DNA of 32,580 nt, taken from assembly GCA_031409335.1 (NCBI GenBank), contig JANNWY010000079.1, forward strand, positions 1-32,580, in the 5' to 3' direction. The notes under the pieces are model-generated. The model did no database searches and was not told the DNA's origin. It saw only the letters and a program-made list of their open reading frames with translations. This document shows, piece after piece, positions 1-8,216 of the stretch. The translations under genes were made by a program, and so were the position numbers. The stretch's first letter is position 1. Each line of letters opens with the position of its first letter. This stretch comes from Chthoniobacteraceae bacterium (lineage in GTDB: Bacteria > Verrucomicrobiota > Verrucomicrobiia > Chthoniobacterales > Chthoniobacteraceae).

Positions 1-2
1 TC

Positions 3-632
3 GAGCGGCGGCGCAGCTACGAGCCTGCGTGCTCCGGCGTCGTGCTCTACCTCGGCCTCAGCAAACGCTACGAGCACCTCGCGCATCACGACTTCGTCTT
101 CAGCCGCGACCCGCACGAGGAGTTCGATTTCATCTACAAAAAAGGCGAGCCCGCGCCCGACCCGACGTGCTACCTCGCCGCGACCACCTGCACCGAACCC
201 GGCACCGCGCCCGCTGGCGGCGAAGCGCTCTACGTCCTCGTCCACGCGCCCTATCTGCGCCCGCATCACGATTGGAAAAAGATGCTGCCAGGGTATCGCC
301 GGGTGATTTTGGAAAAGCTCAAGAGCACCGGAAAAATGCCCGACCTCGAAGAGCGCATCGTCTTTGAGCGCACGCTCACGCCGCAGGATATTCACGACCG
401 TTACCACGTCCTCGACGGCGCGATTTACGGACTCGCCAGCCACGGCAAATTTCTCGGTGCCTTCAAGCCCGGCAATCGCAGCCCCGACCTGCGCGGCCTC
501 TATCTCGCGGGCGGTGCCGCGCATCCCGGCCCCGGCATGCCGATGGTGCTCATGTCTGGCTGGATCGCCGCCGACACGCTCGACCGCGACGCTCCTGCCG
601 CGCAGCCGCGCGAACTGGAATTGGCGGGATGA
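3..632 (+). CDS. Phytoene desaturase family (CrtI/CrtN/CrtP-like) carotenoid oxidoreductase, 5'-truncated by the window edge
   Basis: Frame is open from position 3 (ERRRSYEPACSGVVLYLG...). C-terminal signature LYLAGGAAHPGPGMPMVLMSG, plus DPTCYL and TPQDI...GAIYG segments typical of CrtI-family desaturases. Stop overlaps the next start (ATGA 629-632). Confidence 0.88.
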   Translation, partial: ERRRSYEPACSGVVLYLGLSKRYEHLAHHDFVFSRDPHEEFDFIYKKGEPAPDPTCYLAATTCTEPGTAPAGGEALYVLVHAPYLRPHHDWKKMLPGYRRVILEKLKSTGKMPDLEERIVFERTLTPQDIHDRYHVLDGAIYGLASHGKFLGAFKPGNRSPDLRGLYLAGGAAHPGPGMPMVLMSGWIAADTLDRDAPAAQPRELELAG

Positions 633-1441
633 AAACCGCGCAGCGGGCGAAAGCAGGCGCGGACCAGCCTCACGTCTCGGAGCGCGTGATGAAGGTCTTC
701 TCCGCTTACACCCGCGGCTACGTGCGCAAGCGTTTCCACGCATTTCGCATCTTGAAAAGCGGACAGCCGCCGCGCGATCTCGCGCGCCCGCTCGTCATTT
801 ATCTCAATCACGCCGCGTGGTGGGATCCCCTCGTCTGCCTGCTTTTGTCGCGCGAGTTTTTGCAAAGCCGCACGCACTTCGCGCCGATCGACGCCGCGAT
901 GCTCGAGCGTTACGCATTCTTCAAACACCTCGGCTTTTTCCCGGTCGAGCAGCAGAGCACCCGCGGCGCGCTGCATTTTCTCCGCACGACCCGCGCGCTT
1001 CTTGCGTCTTCGCAGAATGCCGTGTGGCTCACGCCGCAAGGCCGCTTCATGGATGTGCGCGAGCGCCCGCTCCGGCTGCAGGATGGGCTCGGGGCCATGG
1101 CCGTGCGCGAACCGGGCGCCGCATTCATCCCGCTCGCCATCGAATACGCATTCTGGACCGAGCCGCGCCCGGAAATCCTCGTCACCTTCGGCGAACCCAT
1201 CGTCCCGTCGAGCGAGCCGGCCCGTCCCGCCGCCGACTGGACGCGCACCTTCACCGAAGCTCTCGAATCCACGCAGGATGAACTCGCTGCGCGTTCCTGC
1301 CGACGCGACCCCGCCGAGTGGCTCACGCTCAATCGCGGCAAATCCGGCGTGAGCGGCTGCTACGATGCCTGGCGCTGGCTGCGGGCGCGGATGCGTGGTG
1401 AAAAATTCGTGCCGGAACACCGCGCGGAAACGCCGGGATGA
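629..1441 (+). CDS. PlsC/lysophospholipid-type acyltransferase, probably a carotenoid glycoside acyltransferase (CruD-like role)
   Basis: HX4D motif NHAAWWD, WLTPQG block and IPLAIEY; translationally coupled between the desaturase and a GT2. Confidence 0.82.
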   Translation: MKTAQRAKAGADQPHVSERVMKVFSAYTRGYVRKRFHAFRILKSGQPPRDLARPLVIYLNHAAWWDPLVCLLLSREFLQSRTHFAPIDAAMLERYAFFKHLGFFPVEQQSTRGALHFLRTTRALLASSQNAVWLTPQGRFMDVRERPLRLQDGLGAMAVREPGAAFIPLAIEYAFWTEPRPEILVTFGEPIVPSSEPARPAADWTRTFTEALESTQDELAARSCRRDPAEWLTLNRGKSGVSGCYDAWRWLRARMRGEKFVPEHRAETPG

Positions 1442-2547
1442 TCTTCTGGATTACCATCGCGAGCTGCCTGCTCGCCGTCATTCCAGCCGCGCTCTTTCTC
1501 CGCAATCTGCCGCTCTACGCGCCGCTGCCACGGCCCGATTCGACCCGTGCGCGCTGCTCCGTGCTCATCCCCGCGCGCAACGAGGAAACCAATATTGGCG
1601 CGGCGCTTCGCTCGGTTTTGAAGAGCGAGAATATCGAATTGGAAGTCATCGTGCTCGACGACGGCTCGACCGATCGCACTGCCGAGATGGTCCGCTCTTT
1701 CGCCGACCCGCGCGTGCGCCTCGAAACCGCGCAGCCCTTGCCAGCCGACTGGTGCGGAAAAAACTTCGCCTGCCAGCAGCTCGCCGCCCTCGCGCGTCAT
1801 CCGCTGCTCATTTTCATGGACGCCGACGTGCGCATCTCGCAGCCCGACTCGCTCGCGCGTCTCGCGGAGTTTGTGGAGCAAAGCGGTGCCGCGCTCGTCA
1901 GCGGCGTGCCATTTGAAGAGACGCGCGGGCTGATGGAAAAGCTCATCATTCCGCTCATCCATTTCGTCCTGCTCGGCTTCCTGCCGCTGGAGCGAATGCG
2001 CAAATCCACCGACCCGCGTTTCGCCGCCGCGTGCGGACAAATCCTCGCCGTCCGCCGCGAAGCCTACCAAAGCACCGGCGGCCATTCCGCCATCGCCAAC
2101 CGCATCCACGATGCCGTCGCGCTCACTCGCAACTTCCGTGCGCACGGCCTCACCACCGATCTCTTCGACGCCACCGACACCTTCCGCTGCCGCATGTATC
2201 AGCGCGCCGCGGATGTCTGGCACGGCTTCGCGAAAAACGCCCACGAAGGCCTCGGCACCCCGCGACTCATCGTGCCGGCGACGGTCCTGCTCTTCGGCGG
2301 CCAAGTCCTCCCGTTCATCCTGCTCGCGGTTGCGCCATCATCGCTCGCGATCATCGCCGCTGCCGCCGCCTACCTTCCGCGCCTCGTCGCCGTCGCGCGT
2401 TTTCACCAGTCGCTCATCGGCGCGCTGCTCCATCCCATCGGCGTCTGCGCGCTCATCGCGATCCAGTGGTTCGCATTTTTCCGCTCGCTCCGGAAACGGC
2501 CCGCAGTATGGAAAGGCCGCGCGTACGCGCCGATCGCCTCGACATGA
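1438..2547 (+). CDS. Family 2 glycosyltransferase, carotenoid glycosyltransferase (CrtQ/CruC-like)
   Basis: SVLIPARNEE, VLDDGSTD, WCGKNFAC, FMDADV (DxD), CRMY motif; N- and C-terminal hydrophobic segments; operon context. Confidence 0.88.
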   Translation: MIFWITIASCLLAVIPAALFLRNLPLYAPLPRPDSTRARCSVLIPARNEETNIGAALRSVLKSENIELEVIVLDDGSTDRTAEMVRSFADPRVRLETAQPLPADWCGKNFACQQLAALARHPLLIFMDADVRISQPDSLARLAEFVEQSGAALVSGVPFEETRGLMEKLIIPLIHFVLLGFLPLERMRKSTDPRFAAACGQILAVRREAYQSTGGHSAIANRIHDAVALTRNFRAHGLTTDLFDATDTFRCRMYQRAADVWHGFAKNAHEGLGTPRLIVPATVLLFGGQVLPFILLAVAPSSLAIIAAAAAYLPRLVAVARFHQSLIGALLHPIGVCALIAIQWFAFFRSLRKRPAVWKGRAYAPIAST

Positions 2548-3038
2548 AATTCCTGTTCCCCCTCATTGCCCTCCACACCGCCGCACTCGCCGGGCCGGTC
2601 GAAAAACTCGCCGACTTCGAACTCTCCGATCAGGACTCCAAAACGCGCGCCTACAAATTTCCAAAAGCAAAAGTCACCGTGATGACCGTCGCCGACCACA
2701 AAGGCTCCGACCAACTCGCCCCGTGGATTCAGCGCATCTACGACCGCTACGAAAAGCGCATCGACATCGACGGCGTCGCCGATGTCTCGATGATCCCAAA
2801 GCCTTTCCACAACATATTCCGCGAGGCATTCCGCAAAAAGCTCACGCGCTCGGTCCTGCTCGATTGGGGCGGCTCGGTGGTGAAGCAATTTGCCTACGAA
2901 AAAGGCGTCGCCAACATTTACGTCATCGACCGCGGCGGACGGATTGTGAATCACGTCAGCGGCCCTGTGAACGACGCTGCGATCCGCGAACTCGCGACCA
3001 AGATCGACTCGGCTCACGCGGGCAATCCGCGCAATTGA
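2544..3038 (+). CDS. Secreted thioredoxin/redoxin-like fold protein without cysteines (YtfJ/AhpC-TSA-like), 164 aa
   Basis: ATG at 2544 overlaps the GT2 stop (ATGA). Signal-peptide-like MKFLFPLIALHTAALA, then DFELSDQD, VLLDWGG and IYVIDRGGRI motifs typical of redoxin folds. The ORF-track start at 2031 is a spurious extension. Confidence 0.65.
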   Translation: MKFLFPLIALHTAALAGPVEKLADFELSDQDSKTRAYKFPKAKVTVMTVADHKGSDQLAPWIQRIYDRYEKRIDIDGVADVSMIPKPFHNIFREAFRKKLTRSVLLDWGGSVVKQFAYEKGVANIYVIDRGGRIVNHVSGPVNDAAIRELATKIDSAHAGNPRN

Positions 3039-3053
3039 ACCCGCCTCCAAGAA

Positions 3054-4694
3054 ATGAAATTGCGGCTCCCGCTGTGCTTCGCCGTTGCCCTCGCCACATT
3101 TTCGCCACCGCTCCATCCACGACCGCCGCTCATCGTCACCGGCTGGGATTCGCCGGATGCGGCGCAGTTTCGCAAGCACGTTGGCGAGTTTGAAAAGTGG
3201 GGTGTTTTCGACGGCACGAACATCAAGCCGACGCGGCGTTTGAGCGGCGGAGAAAAGGCGGACGCTCAGAATGCCTTTTCGCGAGAGCCTTGGAAGTGGG
3301 AGGAATTTGCGGAAGCGCTGACAGACTTGCGCGCTGCCAAGGTAACCACCTGCCGGGAAACATTTCTCATTGTCTATTCGAATCCAGGCGATGTGGATTG
3401 GTTCGACGACGCGGGCTGGCTGGAGATCGTGAATCACTGGCGGCTGCTCGCGCGGCTCGCCAAGCAGGGCGGATTGCGCGGCCTGCTGTTTGACGCGGAG
3501 CCTTACACGAAACCGCATTCGCAATTCCGATTTAGTTCCCAGCCTGGGCGCGCGGAACACACCTTCGCCCAATATCGAATCAAGGCCCGCGAGCGGGGAC
3601 GGCAAATCATGCGGGCCGTCGGGGAGGAGTTTCCCGATGCGACGATCTTCGCATATCGCCTGTTTTCCGATCTGCTGCCCTTGCTCGATTCGGGGAATTT
3701 GGCGCGAGCATTGGAGCCCGATGTCTATGGACTCCTGCCCGCCTTCGTCGATGGCTGGCTCGATGCGCCGCCGCCCGGCCTGTCGATCGTGGAAGGCACC
3801 GAGGACATTGGCTACCGCGCCAACTCCCCCGCGGAGTACAACGCGGCATTCACACGGCAAAGGCTGCGGCTGCCGGAATTTCTCGCGCCGGAAAATCGGG
3901 AAAAATTTTCCCGGCGGCTGCGGATTGGCCAAAGCCTGTATCTCGACGCGCACGTCAATCCACCCGGAAATCCGTGGCACATCGACCGCACTGGCTCGTC
4001 CCCCGCCGGAAGGCTTGCCGCGAATCTCGCGTCCGCGTTTGCGGCCAGCGATGGCATCGTGTGGCTCTACGGCGAGCAGGCGCGCTGGTGGCCGGGTGGC
4101 GATGAGAAAGCCAAGTCATGGCCGGAAAAACTTCCCGGGGCGATTGATGCCATCCGCCGTGCAAAGGATTCGAAGGCTTTTGCCAGCTACTTCTTTTCGT
4201 CGAAGAAGCAGCGCCTAAATTTGCTGAGTCACGGGGATTTTACCGATGCGAAAGCGGACACGAATCTGCCGGACGGCTGGTTTGCATGGCAGGATGACGA
4301 TTCGCATGGAAAGATCACCTGTGCCGAAGGACGGCTAGCGATCAGTGGAGCGCGCGAAGCTATCGTCGGTTTCAATGTGACGACAAAACCCGGCACCATT
4401 CTGGGTGCCCGTGTGCGACTGAAGTCGATGGGTGCAGGTCACGGATCAATTTTAATCCGGTGGAGGGCTGACGATGGAAAATGGATGACGGCCACCCTCG
4501 ACTCGCGGTTTTACGCCAGCACGCCAGCGGATGCAGATGGCTGGAGCGAAATCACCGGAGTATTTGAAGTTCCTCTAAATGCCAAGCAGGCGGTATTCAT
4601 GGCTGCGGCAAATTCTCAAACCGGTTTTCAGGATCGGTGCGAATTCGATGACGCTGAGTTGGTAGAAATTCCGGAGGAATCGGGTTTGCACTGA
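3054..4694 (+). CDS. Hypothetical secreted protein; probable glycoside-hydrolase-like barrel plus C-terminal carbohydrate-binding-like jelly roll
   Basis: 546-aa ORF with a signal-peptide-like N-terminus, GLRGLLFDAEPY motif, and a C-terminal NLLSHGDF...W...FDDAEL pattern typical of CBM4/9-like modules. Function is inferred only. Confidence 0.55.
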   Translation: MKLRLPLCFAVALATFSPPLHPRPPLIVTGWDSPDAAQFRKHVGEFEKWGVFDGTNIKPTRRLSGGEKADAQNAFSREPWKWEEFAEALTDLRAAKVTTCRETFLIVYSNPGDVDWFDDAGWLEIVNHWRLLARLAKQGGLRGLLFDAEPYTKPHSQFRFSSQPGRAEHTFAQYRIKARERGRQIMRAVGEEFPDATIFAYRLFSDLLPLLDSGNLARALEPDVYGLLPAFVDGWLDAPPPGLSIVEGTEDIGYRANSPAEYNAAFTRQRLRLPEFLAPENREKFSRRLRIGQSLYLDAHVNPPGNPWHIDRTGSSPAGRLAANLASAFAASDGIVWLYGEQARWWPGGDEKAKSWPEKLPGAIDAIRRAKDSKAFASYFFSSKKQRLNLLSHGDFTDAKADTNLPDGWFAWQDDDSHGKITCAEGRLAISGAREAIVGFNVTTKPGTILGARVRLKSMGAGHGSILIRWRADDGKWMTATLDSRFYASTPADADGWSEITGVFEVPLNAKQAVFMAAANSQTGFQDRCEFDDAELVEIPEESGLH

Positions 4695-4777
4695 CCGATT
4701 CCCTTAAATCTACCTCAAACAACATTGAACGGCACTTTCGCCCTGCCTCAAACGCCAACTTTTCTTGGATCGCAACA

Positions 4778-4933
4778 TTACCCCGTGCCTTGAGGGTTTG
4801 CTTTTACTTCACGCTTCTCCTCCTCTTGCCGCTTCAATTCCTCTTGCGCAAAATCGTGAGCCCCCAAAAGACCTTTTCCGACAAGAGCCGTCACCATCAA
4901 CCCCAGAATGAATACCGAAATCGCGTATTCCAT
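4778..4933 (-). CDS. Small single-pass membrane protein, 51 aa (below the ORF-track cut-off)
   Basis: Translated by hand: MEYAISVFILGLMVTALVGKGLLGAHDFAQEELKRQEEEKREVKANPQGTG*. ATG lies 3 nt after the stop of the upstream small gene; one hydrophobic helix followed by a charged tail. Confidence 0.6.
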   Translation of the reverse strand: MEYAISVFILGLMVTALVGKGLLGAHDFAQEELKRQEEEKREVKANPQGTG

Positions 4934-4936
4934 GGG

Positions 4937-5131
4937 TTAATCACGTTTCCGTGTCGAAATGCCGTTGGCGAGAATGACTACTCGCACTCCAACCCAAAAG
5001 CTAAGAATGCTTGGAACCCAAATGCCTACGAATAGGCCATACTCGTGACTGAAAAAAAACCAGAGCGAAACGCTCGCTACAAAGCTAACAAAGGCTCCGA
5101 TCAGGAATGGGTAGTCGATCTTGTGAAACAT
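4937..5131 (-). CDS. Small two-helix membrane protein, 64 aa, with a GLFVGIWVP motif
   Basis: MFHKIDYPFLIGAFVSFVASVSLWFFFSHEYGLFVGIWVPSILSFW...; the motif is shared with the protein at 8939-9154. Confidence 0.7.
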   Translation of the reverse strand: MFHKIDYPFLIGAFVSFVASVSLWFFFSHEYGLFVGIWVPSILSFWVGVRVVILANGISTRKRD

Positions 5132-5157
5132 GGCAGGGAAATGAAAATCACACACCT

Positions 5158-5192
5158 AAAGCGGGGCTGGCGCAACTAAGCGCCAGCCCCGC
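5158..5192 (-). terminator. Intrinsic terminator-like hairpin downstream of the fasciclin gene
   Basis: Perfect 13-bp stem GCGGGGCTGGCGC (5161-5173) / GCGCCAGCCCCGC (5180-5192) with a 6-nt loop, followed by only TTT on the minus strand, so probably leaky. Confidence 0.7.
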
Positions 5193-5204
5193 ACAAAAGG
5201 TTTG

Positions 5205-5687
5205 TTATGGGATGAGGACGGTGTCGATGACGTGGATCACGCCATTGCTGGCAGCGATGTCAGTCTTGACTACGTTCGCTGCGCCGATAGTGACCTTGCC
5301 GCCGTCCACTTTGATTGCGGCTTCCTTGCCGTTCACTGTCTTGGCGCTCATGGTCTTCACATCCGCAGCCATGACCTTGCCGGCCACGACGTGATAGGTC
5401 AGGATGCCTGCGAGCTTCGCCTTGTTCTCAGGCTTGAGCAGGTCCTCCACCGTGCCCGCTGGAAGCTTCTTGAACGCATCATCGGTCGGCGCGAAGACCG
5501 TGAACGGTCCTTTGCCGTTGAGGGTATCGACCAGCCCGGCCGCTTTGACCGCGGCGACGAGGGTGTTGAACTGTCCGGCACCGGCGGCTACGCCGACAAT
5601 GGTTTTTTCCTCGGCAGCAGAGAGGTTGTTGGTGATGAGGGTGAGGGCCGCGGCAACGGCTGTGACGATTAAGGATGATTTCTTCAT
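5205..5687 (-). CDS. Secreted fasciclin (FAS1) domain protein, MPB70/Nex18-like
   Basis: Signal peptide; [37 protein letters not shown] and [14 protein letters not shown] are classic FAS1 motifs. Confidence 0.95.
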   Translation of the reverse strand: MKKSSLIVTAVAAALTLITNNLSAAEEKTIVGVAAGAGQFNTLVAAVKAAGLVDTLNGKGPFTVFAPTDDAFKKLPAGTVEDLLKPENKAKLAGILTYHVVAGKVMAADVKTMSAKTVNGKEAAIKVDGGKVTIGAANVVKTDIAASNGVIHVIDTVLIP

Positions 5688-5749
5688 AGGAGTTTTAGTT
5701 TTGAGTTATCTGTTTTTCGCAGGGCGGTTATTCGCTACTGCATGAGGGC

Positions 5750-5776
5750 TAACGCGCCACGGTGCAAAGTGGCTGC
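5750..5776 (-). promoter_or_regulatory. Putative ECF sigma promoter GCAGCC-N16-CGTTA upstream of the fasciclin gene
   Basis: Minus strand: GCAGCC (5776-5771), 16-nt spacer, CGTTA (5754-5750), about 60 nt before the ATG. Same spacing as the sites at 7457-7483 and 7545-7571. Confidence 0.55.
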
Positions 5777-5794
5777 GGAATTAGTTTTCGATAT

Positions 5795-7435
5795 TCACTC
5801 AGCCTGCGCATCCGCTTTGCGCCGACGGGCGTTTGCGAGGGGTTTCTTCACCGCCACTCCGCAGTCGGCGCGAGTCAGCATGGCTTGCGCCTGAATAGCA
5901 GCCTTCTCATCGTCCCGGAGTCGCTTGAGATTGCGCACTTGCATGACGATGCGCGGGTTTTTCGCGAGCACAGCCTCGTGGCGCAGCAGGAAGTCCCAGT
6001 AAAGCGTGGTGAAGGGACAGGCGCGCGGGCCGGTGCGTTCGGCGGGATCGAAGCGGCAACCCGTGCAGTAGTTCGACATGCGCTGGATGTATTTGCCGCT
6101 GGCGATGTAGGGCTTTGAGGCCATCACGCCACCATCGGCGTATTGCGACATGCCGAGGGTGTTGGGTAGCTCCACCCATTCCACGGCATCGACATAGACG
6201 GAAAGATACCAGGCATGGATCTCGCGCGGGCGGACGCCGACTAGCAGTGAGAAGAGTCCGGTGACCATGAGCCGCTGGATGTGGTGCGCGTAGCCATGGT
6301 CGAGCGTCTGGCGGAGCGCGTGGCGCAGGCAGTTCATCTCGGTCTCGCCGGTCCAGTAGAACGGTGGCAGCGGCTGGTCGGCAGCGAGCGTGTTGCGCTC
6401 GAGATAGCCAGGCATGAAGCGCCAGTAGATGCCGCGCACGAATTCCCGCCAACCGAGGATTTGCCGGATGAAACCTTCCACGCTTGCGATCGGCGCGCGC
6501 TTTTTGCGCCATGCGCTCTCGGCGGCGGCGAGGACTTCGCGTGGATCGAGCAGCTTGAGATTCAGCGCAGCGCTGAGGCGTGAGTGGTACAGCCACGGTT
6601 CGCCTGACCACATCGCATCTTCCCAGCGTCCGAAGTCGGGGAGCCGGTGCGCGATGAAATCGTCGAGCGCCTCGCGTGCCTCGGCGGCGGTCACGGGCCA
6701 GTCGAAGTGATCCAATTCACCCGGGTGCTTGGCGAAACGCGCGGATACCATCGTCAGCACCTCGCGTGTGGTCTTGTCCGGCAGGAAGCGGCGCGGCGCG
6801 GGAAGCAAGCCGGGGCCGTCTTTGCCGAAGGATTCACGATTCTCATGATCGAAGTTCCACTCGCCGCCAGCGGGCTTGCCGTCATCCATGAGCACACCCG
6901 TCTTCTGCCGCATCTCGCGGTAGAAAAATTCCATGCGCAATTGCTTGCGGCCATCTGCGTGCGCGGCGAACTCCACGGCGTCGCAGAGAAAATGGCGATC
7001 GGTGCGGATCTCCAGCGGCACCCCGGCGGCACTGGCAGCCGCCATCAGTTCCTCGCGCACGCTCCACTCACCGGGCTCGACGACGATGAGCTTCGCGGGA
7101 CGACTTTGCGCGATGGTCCACGCGAGCTGAAGGGCAAAGGTCTCCCCGGGATTTCCTTTGTCCGGCAGTCCGCTCCAGTCCGCATTTTTGTCGGTGAGCG
7201 CGCGGTAAAAAACGCGCCATCCGCGTTTGCACAACGCGTCCCGAAAGTGGCGCATCGCCGCGAGAAAGATGGCAATGCGCGGCTTTGAAACCCAGACTTT
7301 TTCCGATTCGTGGGCGACCTCGGCCATCCAGATGGCATCCTGCTTCGGATCGAAACCATCGAAGGCTGCCGAGTGCTCATCCAGTTGGTCGCCAAGGATG
7401 AGGATGAGATTTTGCAGAGGCGCGCCGGGTTTCAT
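5795..7435 (-). CDS. FeS-cluster bacterial cryptochrome/photolyase (FeS-BCP; prokaryotic (6-4) photolyase/CryB class)
   Basis: LILILGDQL N-terminus, RMEFFYR, EGFIRQILGWRE, HHIQRLMV, DAVEWVELPN, KPY and cysteines (MNC...NYCTGC...ACPF) matching the 4Fe-4S ligand pattern. Start set at ATG 7435 (MKPGAP...). Confidence 0.93.
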   Translation of the reverse strand: MKPGAPLQNLILILGDQLDEHSAAFDGFDPKQDAIWMAEVAHESEKVWVSKPRIAIFLAAMRHFRDALCKRGWRVFYRALTDKNADWSGLPDKGNPGETFALQLAWTIAQSRPAKLIVVEPGEWSVREELMAAASAAGVPLEIRTDRHFLCDAVEFAAHADGRKQLRMEFFYREMRQKTGVLMDDGKPAGGEWNFDHENRESFGKDGPGLLPAPRRFLPDKTTREVLTMVSARFAKHPGELDHFDWPVTAAEAREALDDFIAHRLPDFGRWEDAMWSGEPWLYHSRLSAALNLKLLDPREVLAAAESAWRKKRAPIASVEGFIRQILGWREFVRGIYWRFMPGYLERNTLAADQPLPPFYWTGETEMNCLRHALRQTLDHGYAHHIQRLMVTGLFSLLVGVRPREIHAWYLSVYVDAVEWVELPNTLGMSQYADGGVMASKPYIASGKYIQRMSNYCTGCRFDPAERTGPRACPFTTLYWDFLLRHEAVLAKNPRIVMQVRNLKRLRDDEKAAIQAQAMLTRADCGVAVKKPLANARRRKADAQAE

Positions 7436-7456
7436 AGGGTCCGAATCATGGCGGCG

Positions 7457-7483
7457 ATACGATCGCCAGGCCGTTCCGGCTGT
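7457..7483 (-). promoter_or_regulatory. Putative ECF sigma promoter ACAGCC-N16-CGTAT upstream of the FeS photolyase
   Basis: Minus strand: ACAGCC (7483-7478), 16-nt spacer, CGTAT (7461-7457), about 22 nt before the ATG at 7435. Confidence 0.55.
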
Positions 7484-7544
7484 GTTCTCTCCGATGTCTC
7501 TCGACGGCACGGCGAGCTGCCTCAAAATAAATTAGTTCCCGATA

Positions 7545-7571
7545 GTATCCAAACGCGCGACGACGGCGTAA
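7545..7571 (+). promoter_or_regulatory. Putative ECF sigma promoter GTATCC-N16-CGTAA upstream of the anti-sigma/PAS gene
   Basis: GTATCC (7545-7550), 16-nt spacer, CGTAA (7567-7571), with an AT-rich tract upstream (7524-7537); about 48 nt before the ATG at 7619. Confidence 0.55.
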
Positions 7572-7618
7572 ATGAATCTATAACCTCGACCAACCACAAT
7601 TTGATCCACTCTCAAACC

Positions 7619-8188
7619 ATGAACGAATTCCTGCAAGACCAAGCCGCTCTTTACGCTGCGGGCACAATGACGATTGAAGAGCGCGAGCAGTTTGAACTCG
7701 TTGTGGAGTGCCACTGCGAACTCCGCTCTTTTGTCAGTGGACTTGTCGAGGTCGGCTCGGCGGTGATGTTGGCCAACCCACCAAGCGTTGGTGTGGCGCC
7801 TTCGCCGGGTTTGAAGGCGCGACTCTTGGGCGCGATCGCTGGTCGCCCGCAGCATTCCCGTGCGGGCGTGGTGATGTGCGGGCCCGACCGTCTTGTCCAG
7901 TGGGTCAATCCAGCTTTCAGCGAAATGTGCGGATATACGATCGACGAACTGCGCGGAAAGAGTCTTGGTCCGATCCTGCAAGGAGCGAAGACCGATCGCG
8001 AGACGGCTGAGCGGATGCGCCTCGCAGTGCATGAATATCGCCCGTGCCGCGAGACGATTCTCAACTATCACAAGAACGGCGCGCCTTACTGGGTCGAAGT
8101 TGCGATCACGCCGATCCGTGATGACGCGGGTGAGCTGCTCTGGTTTGTCGCGCAGGAACGCGAACTCACCGACCGTGTCGCCGCTTAG
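7619..8188 (+). CDS. Soluble fusion of an RskA-like anti-sigma domain and a LOV-like PAS domain, 189 aa
   Basis: N-terminus QAALYAAGTMTIEEREQFE...APSPGLKARLLGAI resembles anti-sigma-K N-terminal domains. C-terminus VNPAFSEMCGY...GKSLGPILQGAKTD...ILNYHKNGAPYW...TPIRDDAG is a PAS/PAC domain of the LOV-like type. No TM helix. ATG 7619 preferred over the ORF-track start at 7310. Confidence 0.8.
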   Translation: MNEFLQDQAALYAAGTMTIEEREQFELVVECHCELRSFVSGLVEVGSAVMLANPPSVGVAPSPGLKARLLGAIAGRPQHSRAGVVMCGPDRLVQWVNPAFSEMCGYTIDELRGKSLGPILQGAKTDRETAERMRLAVHEYRPCRETILNYHKNGAPYWVEVAITPIRDDAGELLWFVAQERELTDRVAA

Positions 8189-8216
8189 GTAAGCGCTCGA
8201 ACGCCGGTGGCCGACG

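Noticed and set aside
4790..5035. Plus-strand 81-aa ORF
   Set aside because: Antisense to two better-supported minus-strand membrane microproteins.
7310..7618. Longer N-terminus for the anti-sigma-PAS gene (ORF-track start 7310)
   Set aside because: It overlaps the photolyase start and both promoter motifs; the anti-sigma pattern begins at ATG 7619.
7940..7990. Canonical LOV photoreceptor call
   Set aside because: The GxNCRFLQG motif and its cysteine are absent; only a LOV-like PAS domain is supported.
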